DNA from: Psychrobacter sp. DM4
Lineage (GTDB): Bacteria > Pseudomonadota > Gammaproteobacteria > Pseudomonadales > Moraxellaceae
Length of the DNA: 32,000 bases
Assembly: GCF_051307035.1 (NCBI RefSeq)
Contig: NZ_CP195536.1
Span: 1,290,001-1,322,000, forward strand
Direction: 5' to 3'
The notes beneath the pieces are model-generated. The model ran no database searches, was not told where the DNA came from, and was given only the letters and a program-made list of their open reading frames with translations. Each line of letters begins with the position of its first letter. Positions within the stretch are counted from its first letter, which is position 1. Shown in pieces: positions 23,731-32,000 of the stretch. Position numbers and translations under genes: made by a program.

Positions 23731-24402
23731 ATTTATTCCTTTAGTAGAACGTGACGTCAGAGCTAATACGATGAAGGGTTGTAATGAGATATGTGTAGAT
23801 TAGGGCGTGTTTTATCAGTCGACCGTAATACTGACAGAAGCTATTTTTTAGACAATACCATTAAAAACAGCAAGTTTAGATATTCTAAGCGTCTACTGTT
23901 GACAAGTAGGTGGAAAAAACAGTCTCTGTCTGTGTACTTATACTACGTTGTAAACCGAGTTAAAGCACGAGCATTACCGTCGTTTTAGGCTTGGTCTGGA
24001 ACAGTTTTGGTAATCAGCGATGCCTACTCGCGAAAGATCAAACACGCTTTGAGTATTTATGGACAAAATAGCACAAAACTTGTAATAAGTTTGCCACAGT
24101 GCACAGGCAAAAATACGCAATGGCGTATAGATTTTATTAGTATTAGTCCTTTAATTCAATAAACTCTAGTTTGACAATTTGAGTATAAACATACTTATTG
24201 TTAGGAGCATAAGAGAGCTGACACCGCGTCTGGTTACAATCAGATCGTCACATAACTTCTTGCGCAGATGATGAATAGACACCTTTGTTGCACTAAGCGT
24301 GGGTCGTTCCACTGATCTTTTTTAACTGTATAACGCATTATTGATAGTAAGGAAGATGACGATATGAGCATCCCTCCCAGCTCACAGCTTATTGACGTAT
24401 TT

Positions 24403-24432
24403 ATTTAATAGTAATATTAATTACTATTAAAT
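24403..24432. promoter_or_regulatory. Perfect 13-bp inverted repeat (30 bp total) overlapping a candidate promoter upstream of the beta-oxidation operon
   Basis: ATTTAATAGTAAT-ATTA-ATTACTATTAAAT. TTGACG at 24392-24397 followed by a 17-nt spacer places a -10-like TATTAA at 24415-24420, at the dyad centre. Confidence 0.4.
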
Positions 24433-24518
24433 AAATATCGATTGCAACCCTATACTTACTATCCTAGTATATGACCTATGATTTGGTGGATAGGAGCGAT
24501 GACCAAGCTCGATATTAG

Positions 24519-24534
24519 GGTAATTATAATTACC
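24519..24534. promoter_or_regulatory. Perfect 16-bp palindrome 87 bp upstream of the ACAD start codon
   Basis: GGTAATTATAATTACC is fully self-complementary. Confidence 0.3.
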
Positions 24535-24620
24535 ATTTATTTTAACGCTTGGTATTACCGCTGCTTTGTACTGCAAAATATTTCTATTAGCACAAGCTAA
24601 CATCGCCAAGGATAAAGGTT

Positions 24621-25772
24621 ATGAGCATTGAAAATTTAGCCCCAAACTGGATGACTGAAGAGCGTAAAATGGTCTATGAGAGTGCGCTTAAAATGTTTCA
24701 AGGCTGGGAGCCAAATGATGAGAAATGGCGTAAGAATGGCATGATCGATCGCAAGGCTTGGGAGGAGGCTGGCGAGAACGGTTTTTTATGTGCCTCAATG
24801 CCCGAAGAATATGGCGGCGGCGGCGGCGATTTTCGTGATGAAGTTGCGATTATCTATGCACAAGCAGAATCTAATCAGTCAGGTTTTGGCGGTATCGTTC
24901 ACTCAGGCATCGTAGCCCCCTATATCTTAGGTCATGGTACTGATGAGCAAAAACAAGAGTGGCTACCCAAAATGGCGACGGGCGAGTATATCGCAGCCAT
25001 CGCTATGACAGAACCTGGCACCGGTTCTGATTTGCAAGCGCTTAAGACTTACGCGGTAAAAGATGGCGATGACTACATTATCAATGGCTCAAAAACTTTT
25101 ATTACCAATGGTCAGCATGCTAATTTGATTGTGGTAGCCTGTAAGACAGACCGTGACAAAGGCGCTCAAGGTGTCTCCCTTATCGTCGTAGAGACTGATG
25201 CTCTAGAAGGATTTGAGCGCGGTCGTAATCTCGATAAAGTTGGCCTGTCGTCACAAGATACCTCAGAGCTTTTCTTTAGTAATATGCGTGTACCACAAAA
25301 GAACCTGCTCGGTCCGATAGAAGGGATGGGCTTTATTCAGATGATGCAAGAGTTGCCGCGTGAGCGCTTGATTATTGCACTGACAGGTATCGGCGCGATG
25401 AAGCTGGCTATTAATCTGACTCTTGATTATGTCAAGCAACGTGAAGCCTTTGGCAAACCCGTTTGGAGATTTCAAAATACCAAATTCAAAATGGCGGAGT
25501 GTTATGCCAATTATCTAGCTGCTCATAGCATGTGTGATCTGGCGATAGATGCCATCATGGAGAATAGACTGTCTATTCCTCATGCCTCATTGATCAAATA
25601 CTGGGTCACTGAAAAGCAGTGCGATGTGATCGATGAATGTGTGCAGTTATTCGGTGGTTATGGTTATATGAATGAGTATCCTATCGCCCGTCTATACGCT
25701 GATGCGCGGGTGCAAAAAATCTACGGCGGCACCAACGAGATTATGAAAGAGCTAGCTGCCCGCTTTATGTAA
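24621..25772 (+). CDS. Acyl-CoA dehydrogenase, LCAD-like
   Basis: The 383-aa ORF has EEYGGGGGDF, AMTEPGTGSDL, INGSKTFITNG and the C-terminal KIYGGTNEIMKEL, which carries Gly at the usual catalytic-Glu position as in long-chain and isovaleryl type ACADs. The Shine-Dalgarno sequence AAGGA lies upstream. Confidence 0.92.
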   Translation: MSIENLAPNWMTEERKMVYESALKMFQGWEPNDEKWRKNGMIDRKAWEEAGENGFLCASMPEEYGGGGGDFRDEVAIIYAQAESNQSGFGGIVHSGIVAPYILGHGTDEQKQEWLPKMATGEYIAAIAMTEPGTGSDLQALKTYAVKDGDDYIINGSKTFITNGQHANLIVVACKTDRDKGAQGVSLIVVETDALEGFERGRNLDKVGLSSQDTSELFFSNMRVPQKNLLGPIEGMGFIQMMQELPRERLIIALTGIGAMKLAINLTLDYVKQREAFGKPVWRFQNTKFKMAECYANYLAAHSMCDLAIDAIMENRLSIPHASLIKYWVTEKQCDVIDECVQLFGGYGYMNEYPIARLYADARVQKIYGGTNEIMKELAARFM

Positions 25773-25883
25773 TTTGCTTTATGCCAAAGATGTCGCTGGA
25801 TTTATTAATCAAGTCATCTAGTTGTTTATTCCATGTACTATCCATTAATTTGTTACCTATCCAAAAAGTAAAAAGGGATTTTT

Positions 25884-27092
25884 ATGACTGAGACCGCTTA
25901 TATCTATGACAGTATCCGTACCCCACGTGGTAAAGGTAAAAAAGACGGCGCTTTATACCAAGCGTCGCCTATATGGCTGGTGCGTGGCTTGTTAAAAGAG
26001 ATGCAGCAGCGCCATAACTTGGACACCAGCTTGGTGGATGATGTGGTGCTGGGCTGCGTGACTCCCGTGGGCGAGCAGGGTTCTGACATTGCTCGTACTG
26101 CGGTCCTTGATGCCGGCTGGGCGCAGAGCGCGGCGGGTTTAACGTTATCTCGATTCTGCGCCTCAGGACTTGAGTCTATTAACCTTGCTGCGGCCAAAGT
26201 CATGTCGGGCATGGAGGATTTAGTCGTCGCAGGCGGCGTTGAGTCTATGAGCCGTGTGCCTATGGGTTCTGATGGTGGTGCGTGGTACATGGATCCACGA
26301 GTCAATGAAGCGACTGGCTTCGTACCACAAGGGGTTGGCGCTGACACAATAGCCACGCTCAATGGCTTTAGTCGCCGCGATGTTGACGCGTTCGCTACTG
26401 AGTCGCATCGCCGCGCTGCTAACGCTTGGGAGCAGGGCTATAATAATAAGTCAGTCGTGCCCGTCACAGACATTAACGGTATGTTGTTATTGGATAAAGA
26501 TGAGACTATCCGTCCGAATACCACGGTTGAGACCTTAGCAGGGCTAAACCCCTCTTTTGTGATGCCCGGTCAGATGGGTTTTAACAGTGTTATTTTGGAT
26601 AAGTACACCACTATCGAAAACGTAAACCACGTGCATCATGCGGGCAACTCATCAGGTATCGTTGATGGTGCGGCGATATGCTTGGTCGGTAGCGCTGCTG
26701 CTGGCAAAAAAGCGGGTCTTACGCCGCGTGCCAAGATCACTATGGCCTCCGTCATCGGCTCAGAACCCGCTATCATGCTAACGGGTCCAACACCCGCTTG
26801 CCATAAAGCGCTCAAAAAAGCGGGTATGAGCGCCTCTGATATTGATCTTTGGGAGATCAATGAAGCCTTTGCCGCCGTTCCTATGAATACCGCTCATGAC
26901 CTAGGTATCTCGCTTGATATTGTCAACGTCAATGGCGGCGCTATTGCTATGGGTCATCCGCTGGGTGCTACGGGCGCTATGCTCATGACTACCGTACTCG
27001 ATGAGCTAGAACGCCGCGACCTCAAAACCGCTATGCTCACCTTGTGCGTCGGTGGCGGTATGGGTATTGCGACTATCATTGAGCGAGTATAA
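25884..27092 (+). CDS. Acetyl-CoA C-acyltransferase (3-ketoacyl-CoA thiolase)
   Basis: The thiolase active-site motifs [29 protein letters not shown] and LCVGGGMG are present. Confidence 0.93.
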   Translation: MTETAYIYDSIRTPRGKGKKDGALYQASPIWLVRGLLKEMQQRHNLDTSLVDDVVLGCVTPVGEQGSDIARTAVLDAGWAQSAAGLTLSRFCASGLESINLAAAKVMSGMEDLVVAGGVESMSRVPMGSDGGAWYMDPRVNEATGFVPQGVGADTIATLNGFSRRDVDAFATESHRRAANAWEQGYNNKSVVPVTDINGMLLLDKDETIRPNTTVETLAGLNPSFVMPGQMGFNSVILDKYTTIENVNHVHHAGNSSGIVDGAAICLVGSAAAGKKAGLTPRAKITMASVIGSEPAIMLTGPTPACHKALKKAGMSASDIDLWEINEAFAAVPMNTAHDLGISLDIVNVNGGAIAMGHPLGATGAMLMTTVLDELERRDLKTAMLTLCVGGGMGIATIIERV

Positions 27093-27148
27093 CCTCTCTA
27101 TTTACCAAAATAAAAATGATAACTTTGAGATCATTTAAAGGATAAAAA

Positions 27149-29329
27149 ATGACTACAAATACAGACAGCATTGACGCTATAAACACTCTAGCTAATTTTT
27201 CAGCGCAGCGTGATAATGACGGTATCGTCACCGTCACTATCGATCAAAGCGATCGCAAAATGAACGTGATAGGCGATGGGTTTACTGACGCTTTTGCCAC
27301 TTTGACGGACAGCTTTATTAATGATGAGTCTGCTAAGGGCTTAATCTTAACCTCAGCAAAAGACAGCTTCGTGGTTGGCGCGGATATCGATCAGCTCTCT
27401 AACATTGAAACTGCCAAGCAAGCATTTGATCTGGTCGAAGACTTAAAAGCCTGCCTACGTAAACTTGAGAGCGAAGGTAAACCTGTGGTCGCTGCTATGA
27501 CTGGCACCGCATTAGGTGGCGGGCTTGAGCTGGCGTTAGCCTGTCACTATCGTATAGCGATTGACTCGCCAAAGACTAAGCTGGGTCTACCAGAAGTTAA
27601 GCTAGGATTGCTGCCAGGTGGCGGCGGTACTCAGCGCCTGCCACGGCTTGTTGGTATCCAAAAAGCGCTTGAGCTGATGACGCAAGGGGTTGAGCTACGG
27701 GCTAAAGCGGCCTTAGATATTGGTCTTATTGATGCAACAGCTACTGATAACGATGATATGGTAGCGCAAGCGAAAGAGTGGATAAAAGCCAATCCCAAAG
27801 TACAACAACCTTGGGACAAAAAAGGCTTTAAAATCCCAGGCGGTAACAGCATGCATCCCAAAGTGGTGCAAGTGTTCTCTATCGCGCCTGCCATGGCCAA
27901 TCAAAAGTCGCATGGCAATTATCCTGCGATCACGCATATCATGTCTAGCGTCTTTGAAGGCTGCATCGTCGATATCGATACCGGTCTTGAGCTTGAGTCG
28001 CGCTTTTTTGCCGCTTGTGTCTTATCGCCTGAATCTAGAAATATGATCAATACCCTTTGGACGCAGCTCAATAGCATCAAAAAAGGTCAATCTCGTCCCG
28101 ATGGCGTTGAGCGCTATAAAACCAAAAAGGTCGGCATTTTAGGCGCAGGTATGATGGGCGCAGGTATTGCTTATGTCAGTGCCAAAGCAGGACTAGAGGT
28201 CGTATTGCTCGATACCGAATTGGCAGGTGCTGAAAAAGGCAAAGCCTACTCTACAAACCTCCTAGATAAAGCCATCAGTCGTAAACGCTCTACTGAAGAC
28301 AAGAAGCAAGCGCTACTGGATCGTATCAAGCCGACCGTCTCTTATGACGATCTAGCAGATTGCGATTTAATCATTGAAGCGGTGTTTGAGAACCGTGAAA
28401 TCAAAGCCAAGTGTACGCAGCAGTCCGAAGCCGTGATTCCAGAATCAGCGGTTTATGCGTCTAACACCTCAACCTTGCCTATTACCGGATTGGCCCAAGC
28501 AAGCAAACGTCCTCAGCAGTTTATTGGTTTACATTTCTTCTCGCCCGTCGACAAGATGCCGCTGGTTGAAATCATTGTCGGCGAAAAAACTGACGATGAT
28601 ACCTTAGCCAAAGCTTTTGATTATGTATTGCAAATCGGCAAAACGCCAATCGTCGTCAATGACAGTCGCGGGTTTTATACTTCGCGCGTATTCGGCACTT
28701 ATGTGTCAGAAGGCGTCACCATGTTAGGCGAGGGCGTACATCCGCGCAGTATCGAAGTTGCTGGTATGAAAACCGGCATGCCTATGCCGCCACTAGCGCT
28801 ACAAGATGAGGTGTCACTAAGCTTAGCCTTGCTTGTGAGCGAGCAGCAGCAAAAGGATATGCAAGCGGAAGGCAAAACCATGCCAATGCGTCCGTCGTAC
28901 GATATTCTCAAAACTTTAGTCAAAGAGCATGACCGTGAAGGTAAAAAGAACGGCAAAGGCTTTTATGAGTATCCCGATAAAGGCGATAAGCACTTATGGC
29001 CTGAGCTGGTGAACTTATATCCCACAAGCGCTGAGCAGCCAAGCCAAGAGGACTTGGTAGATCGTTTGATGTTTATTCAAGCTAACGAGTCGGCTAAGTG
29101 TTTTGAAGAAAATGTCGTGCGCTCTGTCGCTGATACCAATATCGGCTCTATCTTTGGTTGGGGTTTTGCGCCGCATCAAGGCGGTACATTACAGTTCATT
29201 AATTCTATGGGTGTCAAGCAATTTGTAGCTCGTAGTCGTGAACTTGCCAAGCAGTATGGCGAACGTTTTGAGCCAGCTAACATCTTGGTAGAGATGGCGT
29301 CAAGTGGCGAGGATTTCGTAGATGGCTAA
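27149..29329 (+). CDS. Bifunctional enoyl-CoA hydratase / 3-hydroxyacyl-CoA dehydrogenase (FadB/FadJ type)
   Basis: The 726-aa ORF has an N-terminal crotonase fold (AAMTGTALGGGLELALACHYRIA) followed by the NAD-binding VGILGAGMMGAGIA and the HFFSPV motif. Confidence 0.92.
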   Translation: MTTNTDSIDAINTLANFSAQRDNDGIVTVTIDQSDRKMNVIGDGFTDAFATLTDSFINDESAKGLILTSAKDSFVVGADIDQLSNIETAKQAFDLVEDLKACLRKLESEGKPVVAAMTGTALGGGLELALACHYRIAIDSPKTKLGLPEVKLGLLPGGGGTQRLPRLVGIQKALELMTQGVELRAKAALDIGLIDATATDNDDMVAQAKEWIKANPKVQQPWDKKGFKIPGGNSMHPKVVQVFSIAPAMANQKSHGNYPAITHIMSSVFEGCIVDIDTGLELESRFFAACVLSPESRNMINTLWTQLNSIKKGQSRPDGVERYKTKKVGILGAGMMGAGIAYVSAKAGLEVVLLDTELAGAEKGKAYSTNLLDKAISRKRSTEDKKQALLDRIKPTVSYDDLADCDLIIEAVFENREIKAKCTQQSEAVIPESAVYASNTSTLPITGLAQASKRPQQFIGLHFFSPVDKMPLVEIIVGEKTDDDTLAKAFDYVLQIGKTPIVVNDSRGFYTSRVFGTYVSEGVTMLGEGVHPRSIEVAGMKTGMPMPPLALQDEVSLSLALLVSEQQQKDMQAEGKTMPMRPSYDILKTLVKEHDREGKKNGKGFYEYPDKGDKHLWPELVNLYPTSAEQPSQEDLVDRLMFIQANESAKCFEENVVRSVADTNIGSIFGWGFAPHQGGTLQFINSMGVKQFVARSRELAKQYGERFEPANILVEMASSGEDFVDG

Positions 29330-30413
29330 TAATGATATTTCAAATACATCAGCTATTAGTCAGATGAGCGATTGCTTACAAGGATTGCGCATCATAGATT
29401 TGACGCGCAATCTGCCGGGGCCTTTTGCCACGCGTCTGCTTGCTGATTTGGGTGCAGATATCATCAAAATCGAGCCCAAAGGTGGCGATCCTGCTCGCGC
29501 CTTGGGTGGATTGTTTGATGCCTTGAACCACGGTAAAACAATCGAAAAGGTCGATTTTCGTGATGAAAAGGGCATAGCGTCAGTCAAAGAGCACCTCAAA
29601 AATGCTGATGTTATGCTCGATAGCTTTCGCCCTGGAGTGCTAAAGGGTATGGGTTTGGACGCCCAAACCTTGCATGCAATAAACCCAAAGTTAGTTATCG
29701 TCTCAATCACAGGCTATGGCATGGTTGATGGCAGCGACGTGACTCACGACTGGGCGGACAAAGCCGGTCACGATATCAACTTTATGGCGATGAGTGGCGT
29801 ACTCGATCAGCTGCGTACCGCAACTGGCGAACAGGCTATGCCCAACGTCCAGTTCGCAGATTTGGCAGGCGGTAGTGATACGGCAGTGATTGCCTTGCTA
29901 GCAGCGGTTTTTGCCGCTCAGCGCACGGGTAAAGGTCGCCATGTTGCAGTTAGTATGACGCATAGTTTATACAATCACATGGTTATGCCAAAGGCGACAG
30001 GTACGCTAGTTAAAAGCTTCTCAGGTCAGAATCCACCGCCTCAGCATGACTTTTTGGGTGGACTGCTACCGTGCTACCGCTTATACAAAACCTCAGATGA
30101 TCGTTACATGGCAGTGGGTTCATTGGAACTTAAGTTCTGGCAAGGATTGTGTGAGGTTCTAGAGCTATCTGAGCTCAAAGACGCGCATTGGCAGCGCGGT
30201 GTGATGCCAAACCTGCCTGCTAGCAAAGAGGCCGCCGCCAAAGTCACTGAAAAGTTTGCCAGTCAACCGCTTGAGTTTTGGCAGCAAGCTTTTAAATTAG
30301 CTGATGTTTGCGTCACTCCTGTTTTGAGCTTAGAAGAGGCTAAGGCGCATCCACTATTTGCTCATCAAGACGAGCATGACAGCACGATAGGATGGCAAGA
30401 TATTAAGTCATGA
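29322..30413 (+). CDS. CaiB/BaiF family III CoA-transferase fold, alpha-methylacyl-CoA racemase-like
   Basis: The N-terminal GLRIIDLTRNLPGPFATRLLADLGADIIKIEP is family III. AGHDINFMAMSGVL and FADLAGGS match the racemase His/Asp active-site motifs (GHDINY..., AD-x-GG) as I recall them. The gene overlaps the upstream stop by 8 nt. Confidence 0.75.
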   Translation: MANNDISNTSAISQMSDCLQGLRIIDLTRNLPGPFATRLLADLGADIIKIEPKGGDPARALGGLFDALNHGKTIEKVDFRDEKGIASVKEHLKNADVMLDSFRPGVLKGMGLDAQTLHAINPKLVIVSITGYGMVDGSDVTHDWADKAGHDINFMAMSGVLDQLRTATGEQAMPNVQFADLAGGSDTAVIALLAAVFAAQRTGKGRHVAVSMTHSLYNHMVMPKATGTLVKSFSGQNPPPQHDFLGGLLPCYRLYKTSDDRYMAVGSLELKFWQGLCEVLELSELKDAHWQRGVMPNLPASKEAAAKVTEKFASQPLEFWQQAFKLADVCVTPVLSLEEAKAHPLFAHQDEHDSTIGWQDIKS

Positions 30414-30474
30414 TTTTCATGTATAAGTTTTAAAGTTGTTTGTTCCCTAAATCAATTACCAAGGAAGGTAAGTT

Positions 30475-32000
30475 ATGGATAAGTTTTGGACAGAGAGTTA
30501 TCCGACAGGGGTCAATGCCCAGATAGATTTGCCGCACAGTACGGTCATTGATATCGTAGAGGATAAATTGATAGCATTTGCCGATCGAGAGTTTAGTAGC
30601 AATATGGGCGTGAGCTACTCTTATGCGCAAATTGACAAAATATCGTTAGCGATTGCCGCTTGGATTCAACACTTAGGGCTGGCCAAAGGCTCAGTCATAG
30701 GTATTATGATGCCCAATGTTCATCAGTACTTGCCCATCGTTTTGGGAGTAATACGAGCGGGTATGGTAACGACTTTAATTAATCCATTGTACAGTCCTCG
30801 TGAACTAAGATATCAGCTTGTTGATTCTGAAACCACCGCGCTATTCATCCTAGAGCCGTTTTGTAAAACTCTAGAAAAAATCGTTAAAAATACGCCTGTC
30901 AAAACGGTAGTCATTAGCAAAATAGGCGACATGCTAGGGACAGCTAAAGGGACACTTGTAAACCTTGCCGCTAACTATGTCAAAAAAGCCATTCCTAGCT
31001 ATGAGCTCAGCTCCAATACCCATCATAGTGTTACCAGCTATAAATCTATGCTAAAGCAAGCCAAAAAATTGACCTATTCTCGGCCTAGCTCAAAGGCTGA
31101 TGACTTGTTGATGCTGCAATATACTGGAGGCACTACAGGTGTTGCTAAGGGGATCTTAATCAACAACAAGAACGTTGTGACCGCGACTTATCAGTTTGGT
31201 GAATGGTTCAAACCTGTTTATGCCGACGTTGGCGACGATATGCAGATGAATACTATAGTTGCGCTACCGCTTTATCATATTTATGCCTTTATCTGCTCGA
31301 TAGTCGGCTTGAGCGTAGGTCAACATCTCACCTTGGTGACCAACCCGCGCGATATCCCCAGCTTTATCAAAATTCTAGCCAAGCGCCCCTTTCATCTGCT
31401 TCCTGGCGTAAATACTCTTTTCCAAGCGTTTTTGATGAACCCTAAATTTAAGGAGCTAGATTTCTCTGAGTGCAAATTAACTCTGGTTGGCGGCATGGCA
31501 GCGACGCCTGAGACTGCCAAGCGCTGGGTTGACGTCACAGGCTTACCTATCCTTGAGGGGTGGGGTATGTCTGAGACGTTGGGAGTCGGTACTGCCAATC
31601 CCTTTGATGGCATGAAGTACAGCGGCAACGTCGGTCTGCCGCTACCTGGAGTCGATATCAGTATTCGAGATGACGAGGGAGAGATTCTCAAATTAGGTGA
31701 AGTCGGTGAGATGTGCATCAAAGGCGATAACGTTATCTCAAGCTATCATAACATTGATAATGATAGCTTTTTCACCGCTGATGGGTACTTAAAGACAGGT
31801 GATATCGCGTCTATGAATGAGCAGGGCGCTATCAAGATATATGACCGCAAAAAAGATATGATCATTGTCAGCGGCTTTAACGTCTATCCCAACGAAGTCG
31901 AAAATGTTATCGAGACCCATCCTAAAGTTGCTGAATGTTCAGTGGTGGGTGTCGTTGATGAGCGTCAAGGCGAGTCCGTAAAGGTGTATGTCGTTAAAGG
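30475..32000 (+). CDS. fadD: Long-chain-fatty-acid--CoA ligase (AMP-forming); the 3' end lies beyond the window
   Basis: This ORF is absent from the track because it is open at the edge. My translation reads MDKFWTESYPTGVNAQIDLP..., with the AMP-binding motif LQYTGGTTGVAKG, then GWGMSET and GYLKTGD. The Shine-Dalgarno sequence AAGGAAGG lies 6 nt upstream. Confidence 0.88.
   Translation, partial: MDKFWTESYPTGVNAQIDLPHSTVIDIVEDKLIAFADREFSSNMGVSYSYAQIDKISLAIAAWIQHLGLAKGSVIGIMMPNVHQYLPIVLGVIRAGMVTTLINPLYSPRELRYQLVDSETTALFILEPFCKTLEKIVKNTPVKTVVISKIGDMLGTAKGTLVNLAANYVKKAIPSYELSSNTHHSVTSYKSMLKQAKKLTYSRPSSKADDLLMLQYTGGTTGVAKGILINNKNVVTATYQFGEWFKPVYADVGDDMQMNTIVALPLYHIYAFICSIVGLSVGQHLTLVTNPRDIPSFIKILAKRPFHLLPGVNTLFQAFLMNPKFKELDFSECKLTLVGGMAATPETAKRWVDVTGLPILEGWGMSETLGVGTANPFDGMKYSGNVGLPLPGVDISIRDDEGEILKLGEVGEMCIKGDNVISSYHNIDNDSFFTADGYLKTGDIASMNEQGAIKIYDRKKDMIIVSGFNVYPNEVENVIETHPKVAECSVVGVVDERQGESVKVYVVK

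Noticed and set aside
23751-23760. The 8-bp palindrome TGACGTCA lies in the otsB 5' region.
   Set aside because: An 8-bp palindrome is expected by chance at roughly this frequency in 32 kb. There are no flanking conserved half-sites to support a CRP/FNR-type site.
24364-24408. A 14-codon mini-ORF (MSIPPSSQLIDVFI) has a well-spaced AAGGAAG ribosome-binding site and ends inside the left arm of the 30-bp palindrome. It could be a leader peptide.
   Set aside because: It is too short to evaluate. It lies upstream of the promoter I consider most plausible (24392-24420), so the two ideas conflict. It has no run of regulatory codons and no alternative-hairpin architecture that I can see.
31203-31721. 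Track ORFs 31203-31445 (+) and 31392-31721 (-) lie near the right edge.
   Set aside because: Both lie inside the edge-truncated FadD-type ligase gene, whose frame contains the AMP-binding signature. They are off-frame artefacts.
1-32000. I searched for mobile-element or island boundaries around the adhesin or the otsBA-linked module (transposase, integrase, tRNA attachment sites, long terminal inverted repeats).
   Set aside because: I found none by eye. The flanks are ordinary housekeeping and metabolic genes with normal terminators, so I make no horizontal-transfer claim. A compositional (GC-skew or k-mer) analysis would be needed to say more.

Overview
The window is a 32-kb chromosomal segment. 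Its AT-leaning composition and protein content look like a Moraxellaceae (Psychrobacter-like) gammaproteobacterium, but this is inference only because no search was run. No transposase, integrase, CRISPR array, rRNA or tRNA was recognised.

Gene order, left to right:
1. The 5' part of dnaE (-), which runs off the left edge.
2. ggt (-).
3. A lipobox-bearing Spy/CpxP-type LTXXQ protein (-).
4. A 744-bp AT-rich structured leader, then a 2011-aa trimeric autotransporter adhesin (+). The adhesin contains near-identical in-frame internal repeats of 762 bp and 367 bp, plus 21-bp heptad repeats.
5. An orphan 81-aa ORF (-).
6. A redox/detox-flavoured block: an ACAD-fold flavin-monooxygenase-like protein, a CPxC peroxiredoxin-like redoxin, a type II HAD hydrolase, a TetR regulator, a DoxX-like membrane protein and an AhpD/CMD-family protein. 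Three of its promoter regions share a 16-bp palindrome, TTGAGY-N4-RCTCAA.
7. A minus-strand six-gene operon in which every junction overlaps: otsB, otsA, ACAD-fold protein, PIG-L/LmbE deacetylase, NodS-like methyltransferase, small GT2 glycosyltransferase.
8. An 890-bp non-coding gap with long AT-rich palindromes.
9. A plus-strand beta-oxidation operon: LCAD-like acyl-CoA dehydrogenase, thiolase, FadB-type bifunctional enzyme, alpha-methylacyl-CoA-racemase-like CaiB/BaiF protein and a FadD-type ligase that runs off the right edge.

The best candidate for an undescribed system is the four-gene amino-sugar-tailoring-like module that is translationally coupled to the trehalose genes otsBA. I cannot name any characterised pathway for it. 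All functional calls come from motifs read in the supplied translations and from my own translation of the two edge-truncated genes. Nothing was verified against a database.
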